A DNA stretch of 57,119 nucleotides from an uncultured bacterium (GCA_964484805.1 CAZAGU010000001.1:1-57119); one strand, 5' to 3'. Numbered from the stretch's first letter, positions 8,975 through 18,641 are shown. Made by a program: numbers and translations. Notes: generated by a model from the letters alone, not told the origin.

Positions 8975-9078
8975 AGGAAAGAAATCTGCGGGGAGTAGTT
9001 TTAATTATTGATTTTGCTGTGATTTGATGTTACCATTAAACACTAGGTTTGACTGCTGTTGCAAGATTCGGATTAACT

Positions 9079-9384
9079 ATGGCTGAAGAAATCAGACACA
9101 TACAAAGGTTGCCAGACGGGCTAAAACCTGCGCAAAGCCTTAATAATCAGCGAGAAAAATCGGGGACATCGTTTAGCTCCGTACTCGACAATCTGGTTAA
9201 AGAGGTTGACGATCTTCACAAAACTGCCGAGAAAACAACTGACAAGATGTTGACCGGCGAGCTTGAAGATGTCCATCAGGTTGTGGTTGCCATGGAAGAG
9301 GCGCAAACAAGTTTCAGGTTGCTGATGGAAGTGCGCAATAAAATGGTTGAAGCCTATCGTGAAGTAATGAAGATGCAGGTCTGA
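9079..9384 (+). CDS. fliE: Flagellar hook-basal body complex protein FliE
   Basis: FSSVLDNLVKEVDDL...GELEDVHQVVVAMEEAQTSFRLLMEVRNKMVEAYREVMKMQV is the typical FliE C-terminus. The ATG at 9079 is preferred over the TTG at 9049. Confidence 0.85.
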   Translation: MAEEIRHIQRLPDGLKPAQSLNNQREKSGTSFSSVLDNLVKEVDDLHKTAEKTTDKMLTGELEDVHQVVVAMEEAQTSFRLLMEVRNKMVEAYREVMKMQV

Positions 9385-9574
9385 AGTGTTTATAGCATTG
9401 GCATAACCTGCTGGTTATCCTACGCTTAGGAATTGTGCACCCCGCATTTACCTCCCACACATAGTTATTTGACCAGATTACCATTCCCGCCAAAGTTTTG
9501 GTTTTCTGGCTTTGCATTTATTTTAGATTAGGGAACGGTGTGAAAATTCTTTTTAATCTGTTTCACTTCTTTGC

Positions 9575-11143
9575 TTGATGAATAGTTACCAAGACTTCAT
9601 TGACTCCTCCAAGGCGTTTTATCTGAATATTCCTCAGAAAAAACGTCAACTTCTCGTCGTCCTGTCTTTGATTGGATTGAGCGCTACAATACTGCTGGTT
9701 ACCTGGGCTTTTCGTCCACAGTATCGCGTTTTGTTCAACAATCTCTCTTTTAAAGATTCGGGCGATGTTGTCGCAGTGCTTGATGAAGAAAACATCAAGT
9801 ACAAACTCAAAGCTGAAGGGAAGCGAATTCTCGTTCCCGCCGAGGACATTTACCGCATTCGACTTAACCTTGCCACCAAAGAACTTCCCAACGATGCCAG
9901 CACTGGCTGGGAACTCTTCGACCAAACCAATCTTGGCGTAACTGATTTTGTTCAGAAGCTAAACTACCACCGCGGACTTGAGGGCGAGCTTGGGCGCACT
10001 ATCCTGCAACTCGACCCGGTTGAGGCTGTCCGAGTGCATCTGACTATGCCTGAGGAAAGCCTTTTCCGTGAGAACCAGAAACTCGCGATGGCTTCGGTCA
10101 CGTTGCGGTTGAACCAGAAAAATAAACTCAGCCCTGCTCAGGTGGAAGGCATCACCTATCTTGTCTCTTCAGCAGTTGAAGGACTTGAGCCAACGAATGT
10201 AACCATCATTGACTCGCGTGGTGTTGTGCTGTCTGAAAAAATGAATTCCGATCCTGTGATGAGACTTAGCGCCAGTCAACTTGAAATTCAACGACAAGTT
10301 GAGAAAGACCTCGTCGATAAAGGGCAAAAGCTCTTGGACATGCAGTTTGGTTTTGGTCATTCGACATTGCAGGTTACGGCTGATATGGATTTTCAGCAAC
10401 GTGAGATTACCCGTGAGACTTATGATTCTGACAATCCTTCAATTCGGTCAGAAGAAGTAACCTCGTCAAACTCCCGTGGCGCCGACACAACATCAAACAG
10501 CAACGAATCAACCGTCACAAACTATGAGCTGAATCTGACTCGCGAGCGTCAGGTGAATCCGGTTGGAATGATAAAAAGATTGTCTATTGCGGCGATGGTT
10601 GATGGAACATATCCGGTGACAGTTGATACTGCCACCGGCATTGAATTAGTGTCATTTCAGCCACTTGCTGATGATGTAATCACTGATGTTTCAACCATGA
10701 TTCGGTCAGCCTTGGGTTTTAACCCAGACCGCGGCGATGAGATTGCGGTTGTGTCCGTGCCATTCCAGGATGTTTCCCTGATGAAGCAGGAAGACTTCAT
10801 CAATCGGGATCTGCTGGATACAATCTTGCTGTTTGGTCAGAAGATTGTTCCATTAATAGCAGTTTTACTACTGTTGTTGACTGTGCGGAATTTCCTGAAA
10901 CGTGCCCAAGAAGTGACAATTGATGAAAGACAGCTTGAGCTTCCCCAACTTGGACCAGGAATTACTGCCGGAGCGTTAGGGCAAGCTGAACAGCCTGCAA
11001 TATCGCATCCTATAGAAACAGAGGTAACAGATGAGGCTAAAGAAACCCAGCAGATTAATGAACGACTCATTAAATATGTGTTAGAGAATTCAGAGATGGC
11101 GGCTCGGTTGGTTCGAGCCTGGATAGTTGATCAGAAAGACTAA
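9575..11143 (+). CDS. fliF: Flagellar MS-ring protein FliF
   Basis: N-terminal TM segment, YscJ/FliF-type region (RIRLNLATKELPNDASTGWELFD), a second TM segment near the C-terminus, and a cytoplasmic FliG-binding tail. Confidence 0.92.
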   Translation: MMNSYQDFIDSSKAFYLNIPQKKRQLLVVLSLIGLSATILLVTWAFRPQYRVLFNNLSFKDSGDVVAVLDEENIKYKLKAEGKRILVPAEDIYRIRLNLATKELPNDASTGWELFDQTNLGVTDFVQKLNYHRGLEGELGRTILQLDPVEAVRVHLTMPEESLFRENQKLAMASVTLRLNQKNKLSPAQVEGITYLVSSAVEGLEPTNVTIIDSRGVVLSEKMNSDPVMRLSASQLEIQRQVEKDLVDKGQKLLDMQFGFGHSTLQVTADMDFQQREITRETYDSDNPSIRSEEVTSSNSRGADTTSNSNESTVTNYELNLTRERQVNPVGMIKRLSIAAMVDGTYPVTVDTATGIELVSFQPLADDVITDVSTMIRSALGFNPDRGDEIAVVSVPFQDVSLMKQEDFINRDLLDTILLFGQKIVPLIAVLLLLLTVRNFLKRAQEVTIDERQLELPQLGPGITAGALGQAEQPAISHPIETEVTDEAKETQQINERLIKYVLENSEMAARLVRAWIVDQKD

Positions 11144-12182
11144 CGCAATCAAAAAAGAAACTGATCTGATGGTGAAATCCAATATTACGTTGACTGGTCA
11201 TAATTTGCGCAAAGCAGCGTTGTTTATGATCTCTATTGGCTCTAAAGCTTCAGCTAAAATATTTAAACACCTTACCAGTGAAGAGATAGAGGAGCTTTCC
11301 ACCGAAATAGCCAGAATAAATAATGTAACTTCTGAAGACCTGAACGAGGTTGATAAAGAATTTTTTGAGATGGTGCAGGCTCAGGAGTACATTACAAAAG
11401 GTGGAGTTTTATATGCACAGGAAATTCTGGAAGAAGCGCTGGGCACATCTCGCGCGTTGGAAATAACGCGACGTGTTCAGGCATCCTTACAGGTGCGAGG
11501 CTTTAACGTCCTCGAAAATGTTGATCAAAATCAGTTGCTCATCTTTCTTCAGAAAGAACACCCGCAAACCATAGCGCTTGTGTTGTCGCAAATGCCAGCA
11601 TTGCAGGCATCAAACATCTTAGTCGAACTTCCCAATGATGCTCAAGTTAATGTCATCCATCGCCTGGCGAAAATGGACAGGGTATCGCCGGAGACAATTC
11701 AGACCGTGGAGAGAGTATTGGAAAAAAATATTGACTTTTCCGCAGGCACTTCACAATTTGGCGGCGTGAAAGCGGCGGCAGAAATGTTGAATATGGTTGG
11801 CGCTCGCTACGAGAAGAACATTCTCGCAGGAATAGCCCGTGAAAATGCCGACCTCGCTGTGGAAATCAAGAACCTGATGTTTGTGTTTGAAGATATAGTC
11901 CACCTTGATGATCGTTCAATTCAGAAGGTGCTTAAGGAAGTTGAGAACCGTGAGCTCGCAATGGCACTGAAGCTGTGTAGCGAAGAATTGAAGGACAAGA
12001 TCCTTAGCAACATGTCGAAGCGTGCGGCGGAAATGATCAGGGAAGAACTCGACTACATGGGCCCCGTTCGACTCAAAGAGGTCGAGGAAATTCAACAGCG
12101 CATCATCGACATCATCCGTCGCCTCGAAGAGGAAGACGAGATTGTCATCAGTGGTGGCTCAGGCGAAGATCAGTTGATTTAA
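11127..12182 (+). CDS. fliG: Flagellar motor switch protein FliG
   Basis: KAALFMISIGSKASAKIFKHL, EHPQTIALVLSQM, MFVFEDIVHLDDRSIQKVLKEV and AAEMIREELDYMGPVRLKEVE. The true start is possibly the ATG at 11169. Confidence 0.93.
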   Translation: MIRKTNAIKKETDLMVKSNITLTGHNLRKAALFMISIGSKASAKIFKHLTSEEIEELSTEIARINNVTSEDLNEVDKEFFEMVQAQEYITKGGVLYAQEILEEALGTSRALEITRRVQASLQVRGFNVLENVDQNQLLIFLQKEHPQTIALVLSQMPALQASNILVELPNDAQVNVIHRLAKMDRVSPETIQTVERVLEKNIDFSAGTSQFGGVKAAAEMLNMVGARYEKNILAGIARENADLAVEIKNLMFVFEDIVHLDDRSIQKVLKEVENRELAMALKLCSEELKDKILSNMSKRAAEMIREELDYMGPVRLKEVEEIQQRIIDIIRRLEEEDEIVISGGSGEDQLI

Positions 12183-12207
12183 CAACCTATTCAAAGATAA
12201 ACCCAAA

Positions 12208-13038
12208 ATGCCAGAATCCCCCGTCAGATCATTGCGCATTCTTCGCGGAAATTATATCAAGGAACCCGCGGGAGAGATTAAGATACAGGTCAATCGCGAT
12301 CAAAATGAGATAGAGCGTGATGATATGCGGCGTGAGCGAATTGAGCAGGAATTGCGCCAGAAAATCGTTAATCTTGAGAAAGCTCTCGATGGCCTGCAAC
12401 AAAAAGCTGACAAGCAAATTGAAGTTGCTTTCAAACTTGGCGAAAAAAACGGCTTTAAGACGGGGCATGAACAGGGGCTGGAGGAGGGCATGTCCACTGC
12501 AATGCCATCAATCAACCAACTCCAGAACCTTGTGCGAACTACAGAAGCTGGCATCACAAAGGTGTGGGATGACAGCCGCGATGCAATTATCGACACCATT
12601 CTTGAGATCAGCCGCAGGATAGTTGGGTCAGCGGCTGAACATTACACTGATATTGCCAGAGAACTGACAATTCGCGCAATTAAGACAGTCAGGGATCAGA
12701 CGCATGTTACGATCTGCGTGAATGCTCAGGATGTCGATTCTTTGAAAAACGTAAAAACCGAGCTGGCGATGCTGACCGAGGGCACCAAGCACATTGAAAT
12801 TGTAGAACGCACCAGTGTGCCTCCCGGTGGAGTTATTATTGAGACAAACGCTGGACAGCTTGACGCGCGCCTCGACGAGCAGATGAAGGCTGTTGAAGCA
12901 ATTTTACGACCGGAATGGAGCACTCCTGCCCCACAACCAACCGCAGAAGCTTCGGAAGATGAAGAGAACGCAGAAATTGCATTTGCCGACTCAGGCAGTG
13001 TAAAAAAATCCGTAGAACCTAACCAATCCGAATCCTGA
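12208..13038 (+). CDS. fliH: Flagellar assembly/export protein FliH
   Basis: Lies between fliG and fliI. Charged coiled-coil N-terminal half. C-terminal GGVIIETNAGQLDARLDEQ motif typical of FliH/YscL. Confidence 0.78.
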   Translation: MPESPVRSLRILRGNYIKEPAGEIKIQVNRDQNEIERDDMRRERIEQELRQKIVNLEKALDGLQQKADKQIEVAFKLGEKNGFKTGHEQGLEEGMSTAMPSINQLQNLVRTTEAGITKVWDDSRDAIIDTILEISRRIVGSAAEHYTDIARELTIRAIKTVRDQTHVTICVNAQDVDSLKNVKTELAMLTEGTKHIEIVERTSVPPGGVIIETNAGQLDARLDEQMKAVEAILRPEWSTPAPQPTAEASEDEENAEIAFADSGSVKKSVEPNQSES

Positions 13039-13040
13039 CC

Positions 13041-14408
13041 ATGTCCGAGCAACCACCTCCAATTAGCCCATGGTTTAAAACTATCCGCAAGAAACTTGAT
13101 GGCATTGACACTGTCCGTCATCGGGGTCGAGTGCATCAGGTGATCGGCATGGTCATAGAGTCCGTGGGGCCTCAGGTTTCAGTTGGCGACCGGTGTTCAG
13201 TTTCTTCTGTGCGCAACGGTGAAGTAATCGCTGAAGTCGTAGGTTTCCGTGGCAATCGCGTGTTGCTGATGCCGCTGGGAACGATGGAGGGCGTGGCGCC
13301 GGGCTCAATGGTCACCGCGTCGGACGAACCTTTCACAATTGCTGTTGGCGAAGGGGTTTTAGGGCGCGTGTTGAATGGTCTTGGCGAGCCGATGGACAGC
13401 CTTGGAACGCTGAATTACAAAACCCGCCTGCCGATTTACGCTAACCCACCTAGTCCGTTGAACCGAAAAGCGATCCGAACACCATTGCCGACGGGAATCA
13501 GGGCGATAGACGCTTTGATAACTTGCGGGCGAGGACAAAGGTTTGGCGTGTTTGCCGGCAGTGGCGTGGGCAAGAGCATTCTGATGGGCATGGTGGCTCG
13601 GCACACAGCCGCCGATGTGAACGTGATTGCCCTGATCGGTGAGCGTGGGCGTGAAGTGCGTGAGTTCATCGAGCGTGATCTTGGTGAAGAGGGTCTGAAG
13701 CGTTCGGTGGTAATCGCGGTTACATCTGATCAGCCAGCATTGTTGCGTATCAAAGGCGGTTTTGCCGCGACAACGATTGCCGAGTATTTCCGCGATCAGG
13801 GCTTGGACGTGATGCTGATGATGGATTCGGTAACACGTCTGGCGATGGCTCAGCGCGAAGTGGGTTTGGCGGTTGGTGAACCACCGACTGCGCGTGGTTA
13901 TACGCCGTCTTTGTTCGCCATGTTGCCTCGATTGCTGGAACGAGCAGGTTCGTTCAATCGCGGGACAATCACGGGCTTATACACGGTGCTCGTCGAGGGT
14001 GATGACATGAACGAGCCAGTGGCGGACACGGTGCGGTCAATCCTCGATGGACATATTGTATTGTCAAGGAAACTTGCAGAGCGTGGGCATTATCCGGCGG
14101 TGGATACACTTCTGAGCCTCAGCCGTGTGATGAATGATGTGGTCAGCCCCGAACATCTTGCCGCCGCCCGGGAAATTAATCGCTTGCAGGCTGTTTACAA
14201 AGAGGCTGAAGATCTGATAAACATCGGAGCTTATGAAAAAGGCAGTAATCAGGAAATCGACAGAGCGCTGGCGTTGATAGAGCTTATTCGCAAATTTCTT
14301 CAGCAAGAATCCAGCTCGGGAGCGTCTTATGAAGAGACTGTCAACATGCTGATAAAAATCGCTGAAGCTTCAAAACAGTATAAGACTGAAGAGAAAAAGA
14401 AGAAATAA
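13041..14408 (+). CDS. fliI: Flagellum-specific ATPase FliI
   Basis: Walker A GSGVGKS, Walker B LMMDSVTRLAMAQRE, F1-beta-like core, PAVDTLLSLSR. Confidence 0.95.
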   Translation: MSEQPPPISPWFKTIRKKLDGIDTVRHRGRVHQVIGMVIESVGPQVSVGDRCSVSSVRNGEVIAEVVGFRGNRVLLMPLGTMEGVAPGSMVTASDEPFTIAVGEGVLGRVLNGLGEPMDSLGTLNYKTRLPIYANPPSPLNRKAIRTPLPTGIRAIDALITCGRGQRFGVFAGSGVGKSILMGMVARHTAADVNVIALIGERGREVREFIERDLGEEGLKRSVVIAVTSDQPALLRIKGGFAATTIAEYFRDQGLDVMLMMDSVTRLAMAQREVGLAVGEPPTARGYTPSLFAMLPRLLERAGSFNRGTITGLYTVLVEGDDMNEPVADTVRSILDGHIVLSRKLAERGHYPAVDTLLSLSRVMNDVVSPEHLAAAREINRLQAVYKEAEDLINIGAYEKGSNQEIDRALALIELIRKFLQQESSSGASYEETVNMLIKIAEASKQYKTEEKKKK

Positions 14409-14415
14409 TTATTGA

Positions 14416-14430
14416 CGGCACAGAGCTTGC
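14416..14430 (+). promoter_or_regulatory. sigma54-like -24/-12 element upstream of fliJ
   Basis: cGGCACagagcTTGCg has correct GG-N10-GC spacing. It lies in the 80-nt fliI-fliJ gap, 59 nt upstream of the fliJ ATG. Confidence 0.4.
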
Positions 14431-14488
14431 GCAATGTCTTTCTGGATAAATTCACAAGGTAACTTTTTCCCTAAATTTTCAGGGCTCA

Positions 14489-14932
14489 ATGCGGAAATTT
14501 AATTTTAGACTAGAGAAAGTTCGCGATACTTACACACTCAGAGAGCAACAATCACAACGCAACTTTGCCGAAGCGGCTCAACAGCGAGATCAGGAGCAAC
14601 AGCATCTGGATGAAATTAACTCTGAGATTGAAAATCTGGAAGCAGAACAATACAGCGTGGTTCAAAGTAATTTTTGTATTGGTGATGCCTTGATCGCTTC
14701 CAAATTTCACAACAAACTTGTCCAGACTAAAACTGCCCAGAACAGGCGTGTGGAAACCTGTGAGCAGATTGTTGATAATCGACGAGGTGAACTCACCAAA
14801 GCGATGCAGCGTCGGCAGATAATGGACAATCTCCGCGAGAAAAAACTTGCCGAGCATAAGATAGCAACAGGCAGGCAGGAGCAGAAAGAGCTTGATGATC
14901 TGGTTGCTCGGTCAAGAACAAAACCCAGATAG
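14489..14932 (+). CDS. fliJ: Flagellar export protein FliJ
   Basis: 147-aa all-coiled-coil protein directly after fliI. N-terminal FNFRLEKV is typical of FliJ. Confidence 0.72.
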   Translation: MRKFNFRLEKVRDTYTLREQQSQRNFAEAAQQRDQEQQHLDEINSEIENLEAEQYSVVQSNFCIGDALIASKFHNKLVQTKTAQNRRVETCEQIVDNRRGELTKAMQRRQIMDNLREKKLAEHKIATGRQEQKELDDLVARSRTKPR

Positions 14933-15009
14933 ACAGATTCATGCGAACTAGATACCGGAAAACCGTAAGTAAATTCGGGCGCTAAAAGGACAGAAAACTT
15001 TCGTAAAAG

Positions 15010-16248
15010 ATGCCACCAAAAGACAACATAGATTTCGATCAGAATTACCTGAACGAGGATGAAGGAAAAGATTTCCTTGACAATGTTATTGAGCCTGATG
15101 ACTTTGAAGGGGAAGCGTCACATCCTTTGAACATTGATGTTCAGGATGATCCCGATGACGATTTGACCGATGATGACATTGACGATATTCTCGGCAGATC
15201 TTCAAACAAGCGTCGAATGTATATCATCGCTGGGGTTATTGTTGTGACCCTGATAAGTATTTGGCTTTTTAATCGAAATGGTGATGAAGTTGCTGTAGAT
15301 GGGGACGGTGGCGATGGAGGCGAAACGACAGAATTCGTCGCCGCAAGTGCTGAGCAGGACAATGAGGCGGAATTAACGGAAATAGCTGATAATACAGAAA
15401 ATCTGGTGGCGGACACAGTTATGCCCACCATGGATTTGACGGAGATGAAAACGATTCCCGCCGATTCTCTGCCTGCGGAATTACAGCCACATTTTGAAAC
15501 CGACACAACTTTAAAATCGCTTGACACATCACGGAAGATTTTACACCCGCTTTATGAAGATTTCATAGCGACGAATAGAATTCCGACCATGAGATTGGTG
15601 ACCGGTGCACTAAGCGATGAAGAATTGTTCAGCAGTAGTCTGGAGCCTGACCTAGAGGAATTTGAGTGGATGTTGCGGGTTGATTTGACAAAAGATGAAA
15701 TTATTGACACGCTTCCAGATTCAGACGAAGAATTTTATCTCACGCTTCTTGAAATATTGCAGGTAATTGATGCCGCTCCACCTGCTAATCAGGAAGAATT
15801 GAACGCCATGTTGTACCGGTCGGTGGAAGTTGAGGTTGATTCTGTTGAGATCGCTCAGAGAGAATTTTTTGTTGTGCATGATACAGTAGTTGTCAACGAC
15901 CCGTCTGTGGTGGCTGCCAATGATTCCCTGTCAATAATTTTACAGAAGCTTCAGAAAGCATTGACGATTGCTCATGAAGACATTGCCGGCTTACAGGGCG
16001 AAATCAAGAAGTTTGTGAAAACCGTGAAGACGGCGGAAGATTCCCTGCGAGATTTTGAAGTTCGCAAGCTGGCAAGGATTCTTTCAAAAATGTCACCAGC
16101 AGACGCAGTGGCACGGCTGGAGGGTCGTTCGATTGAGGAGTTAATCGAGCTACTATTCCTCTTGCGCCAGCGGGAAGCGGCGAAAATAATCCAAGAGCTA
16201 CCACCAGAAAAAGGGCAGGCGGTGGCAGCAAAAATATTCAGGCGATGA
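15010..16248 (+). CDS. FlbB/YlxF-type flagellar protein (MgtE_N/MotE-like C-terminal domain) with expanded acidic N-terminal region and one TM
   Basis: Occupies the ylxF/flbB slot between fliJ and fliK. C-terminus: KLARILSKMSPADAVARLEGRSIEELIELLFLLRQREAAKIIQELPPEKGQAVAAKIF. TM segment: MYIIAGVIVVTLISIWLF. Confidence 0.6.
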   Translation: MPPKDNIDFDQNYLNEDEGKDFLDNVIEPDDFEGEASHPLNIDVQDDPDDDLTDDDIDDILGRSSNKRRMYIIAGVIVVTLISIWLFNRNGDEVAVDGDGGDGGETTEFVAASAEQDNEAELTEIADNTENLVADTVMPTMDLTEMKTIPADSLPAELQPHFETDTTLKSLDTSRKILHPLYEDFIATNRIPTMRLVTGALSDEELFSSSLEPDLEEFEWMLRVDLTKDEIIDTLPDSDEEFYLTLLEILQVIDAAPPANQEELNAMLYRSVEVEVDSVEIAQREFFVVHDTVVVNDPSVVAANDSLSIILQKLQKALTIAHEDIAGLQGEIKKFVKTVKTAEDSLRDFEVRKLARILSKMSPADAVARLEGRSIEELIELLFLLRQREAAKIIQELPPEKGQAVAAKIFRR

Positions 16249-16255
16249 GGCAAAT

Positions 16256-17659
16256 TTGGATTCTGGTTTAATCACATCACAGGCAATAATGCCTGACCAG
16301 TTGCTGAGCTTAATACAGTCCGGCGTGGGGATACTCTGTGATTCAGCCCAGGCGATTACTCCAGAAAGTCTTCAGAATTCCTTTGCGGCGATATTGACGA
16401 ACATTCAGCAGTCCAGTAATTACGAGCTATCAACAGAGCAACCATCCGAATCTGACGATGTTCAGACAATCGAATCAATAATTGCCAGCCTCACGGCGGG
16501 GATAATCGTCCCGCCAGCCGAAACGCCAGTTGCAGGGAACGGGCAGATAGCCGAAGTGATGACCCAGACCGCTCAGGCTGAAACTCCAACAGTCTTGACC
16601 GGGACAATCGCCGAAAGTGGCGTTTTGCTTGAAGGAAGTCTCGTCCCGTCTGAAACTGTCGCAGATCAGGTTAAGCTTGAGGCATCAGCAATAGTCATTG
16701 AAGAAGCCGCGTTTATTGATCCAGAGAACATGACCGGGAAAGATAATAAGATAAGCGAACACAAGGAAAGCATCCTTGACACTCAGGTTAAGCTCAGCCT
16801 CAAAGACCATCAGCTTCTTTCCAATACTGCTTCGCAAATAGTGCGGAAACCGCAGACAATCAGCCAGTCAAAACACTCGAAAGAAAATAATCTTACCGCA
16901 GACAAAACGTTTGCGAAGATGACAAATTCCCTTCAGGCAGATAATCCAGCCAACCTATTTCAGGATAGACGCGAGGGAATGAGTGCGCACAGACCGCCAG
17001 AAGATACGCGGGAGGAAAAATCACCAACCACTAATCCCGCTCCAGAACAGGCTGAAAAAGCACAGGTTACTTCCCAGGACGATGTTGCTCAGAAGTCAAC
17101 AGAGCCTGCTGTTTCGGTAAAATCGGTCGAGGAGAGTACAATTGGCTTGAAACATTTCGAGCAGGCGTTGAGCAAGGCTACTGATGCGCAAGGCTTGGCG
17201 AAACCCGCCAGCCCAGCTACGCCAAACACGCCTCATGCAGTAAATCCTGCTGAGTTGCTAAACGGAGTGAAACTAACGCTGAAACAGGGCGGGAGTCAGT
17301 TGCTGATGCAACTCAAGCCAGAAGTACTGGGCAGAGCGCTGGTAAGTATGAAGCACCTCGAAGGCAAGCTGAGTCTGGAATTTTTAGTCGAACATGAGAG
17401 CGCTCGTCAGACTATTCAATCTGAGGCAAGTCATCTGAAGGAAACGCTGGTGAGCGTTGGTTTCACCGAAGTCGTCATTGATGTGAAGACTATGCCGCCG
17501 ACACCTTTCCAGACAGATGTGGAGTCTGGGGAATCTCAGCTTCATCAGGAGCAATCGCGGAACGGCGATGGAAACGAGAGGCAGGCGCAGGAAGAGCAGG
17601 AACGTCTGTCGCGCAAGCCACTGATGCTTGGCTACAATACTTTTGAATTGATCGCCTAG
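16256..17659 (+). CDS. fliK: Flagellar hook-length control protein FliK
   Basis: Long low-complexity P/Q/S/T/E-rich ruler region. C-terminal Flg_hook-type domain: LLMQLKPEVLGRALVSMKHLEGKLSLEFLVEHESARQTIQSEASHLKETL. Confidence 0.78.
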   Translation: MDSGLITSQAIMPDQLLSLIQSGVGILCDSAQAITPESLQNSFAAILTNIQQSSNYELSTEQPSESDDVQTIESIIASLTAGIIVPPAETPVAGNGQIAEVMTQTAQAETPTVLTGTIAESGVLLEGSLVPSETVADQVKLEASAIVIEEAAFIDPENMTGKDNKISEHKESILDTQVKLSLKDHQLLSNTASQIVRKPQTISQSKHSKENNLTADKTFAKMTNSLQADNPANLFQDRREGMSAHRPPEDTREEKSPTTNPAPEQAEKAQVTSQDDVAQKSTEPAVSVKSVEESTIGLKHFEQALSKATDAQGLAKPASPATPNTPHAVNPAELLNGVKLTLKQGGSQLLMQLKPEVLGRALVSMKHLEGKLSLEFLVEHESARQTIQSEASHLKETLVSVGFTEVVIDVKTMPPTPFQTDVESGESQLHQEQSRNGDGNERQAQEEQERLSRKPLMLGYNTFELIA

Positions 17660-17687
17660 AAATTTTTGATCCCTCGGAATTTCATAC

Positions 17688-17715
17688 ACCGCGCCTGAAA
17701 CAGCGCGGTTTTTTT
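17688..17715 (+). terminator. Rho-independent terminator after fliK
   Basis: ACCGCGCctgaaacaGCGCGGT followed by TTTTTTT. Confidence 0.78.
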
Positions 17716-17828
17716 GTAGTCGGCAGATTTTTCCGTTTTGATGATACTGCCGGTATTCATTTAATAAAACTTACAGTATTTGTTCACATATTTTTGGAAT
17801 ATCACCCGATTTCACAGGTTTTACAGTC

Positions 17829-17844
17829 TGGCACTGAAGTTGCT
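17829..17844 (+). promoter_or_regulatory. sigma54 (-24/-12) promoter upstream of flgD
   Basis: TGGCACtgaagTTGCT is an exact match to TGGCAC-N5-TTGCW. It lies 54 nt upstream of the flgD start. Confidence 0.68.
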
Positions 17845-17897
17845 CAAATAGTAGTGAATTCGACCCCAAAGGCAGAAATGACCATTAAGAGGTAATT

Positions 17898-18641
17898 GTG
17901 AGTACAGTTAGTCCAACGACAAGCGCACTTCCGGTCGTCGGCGGTGGAGCCACACAGAACGTCGGCGGTGTTTCTCAGGAAAAACAGGATTTTCTCAATC
18001 TCCTGGTCACCCAACTTAAATATCAGGATCCATTGAACCCGATGGAGAGCGCTGAGTTTTCTTCACAGCTTGCTCAGTTCAGTAGCCTCGAGGAACTTCA
18101 GAACCTCGGCACAAAGCTGGATAATGGGCTTGAAGCCGACATGCTACTTGCTCAATCCATCAACAACACAATGGCTTCCACGTTAATCGGCAAGGAAGTT
18201 ATCGCCGCGGCGAATGTGGTTGAATTCGATGGCGAAAACAAAATTGACCTTGGCTACGATCTCACCGGTGCTGCTTCTGAAGTTACCATAGAAATCTTTG
18301 ACTCAAATGGCAAGCTGATTAAAACCATCACTGAAACATCAATGGAAGCTGGCGATCATACATTTGAATGGGATGGTAAGAACGAACAGAACGCCACTGT
18401 CCCCGAAGGAGATTACTCTATCGAGATTAATGCTAAGATCGGCGGCGAAGATATGGCGGTTCAGCCATTGATTCGTGGCTTGGTCGAGAGCGTGAAGTTT
18501 GTCAATGGCAACCCGATGCTGATGGTGAACGGCAAGGAGATTTCTTACGGCGCTGTTCTGGAAATAATCAACGCCACAGACACTACACCAAGTGACGATG
18601 AAGAAAACTTAATACGTCGCCTGATAAGGACTGTTGGCTGA
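17898..18641 (+). CDS. flgD: Flagellar hook assembly (capping) protein FlgD
   Basis: QDFLNLLVTQLKYQDPLNPMESAEFSSQLAQFSSLEELQNL, plus a FlgD Ig-like domain (TIEIFDSNGKLIKTI..GDHTFEWDGKNEQNATVPEGDYS). Confidence 0.93.
   Translation: MSTVSPTTSALPVVGGGATQNVGGVSQEKQDFLNLLVTQLKYQDPLNPMESAEFSSQLAQFSSLEELQNLGTKLDNGLEADMLLAQSINNTMASTLIGKEVIAAANVVEFDGENKIDLGYDLTGAASEVTIEIFDSNGKLIKTITETSMEAGDHTFEWDGKNEQNATVPEGDYSIEINAKIGGEDMAVQPLIRGLVESVKFVNGNPMLMVNGKEISYGAVLEIINATDTTPSDDEENLIRRLIRTVG

Noticed and set aside
11100-11125. tRNA-like T-arm string (GGTTGGTTCGAGCC).
   Set aside because: It lies inside the fliF coding frame, and no acceptor, anticodon or D-arm can be built around it. I found no convincing tRNA, rRNA or tmRNA anywhere in the window.
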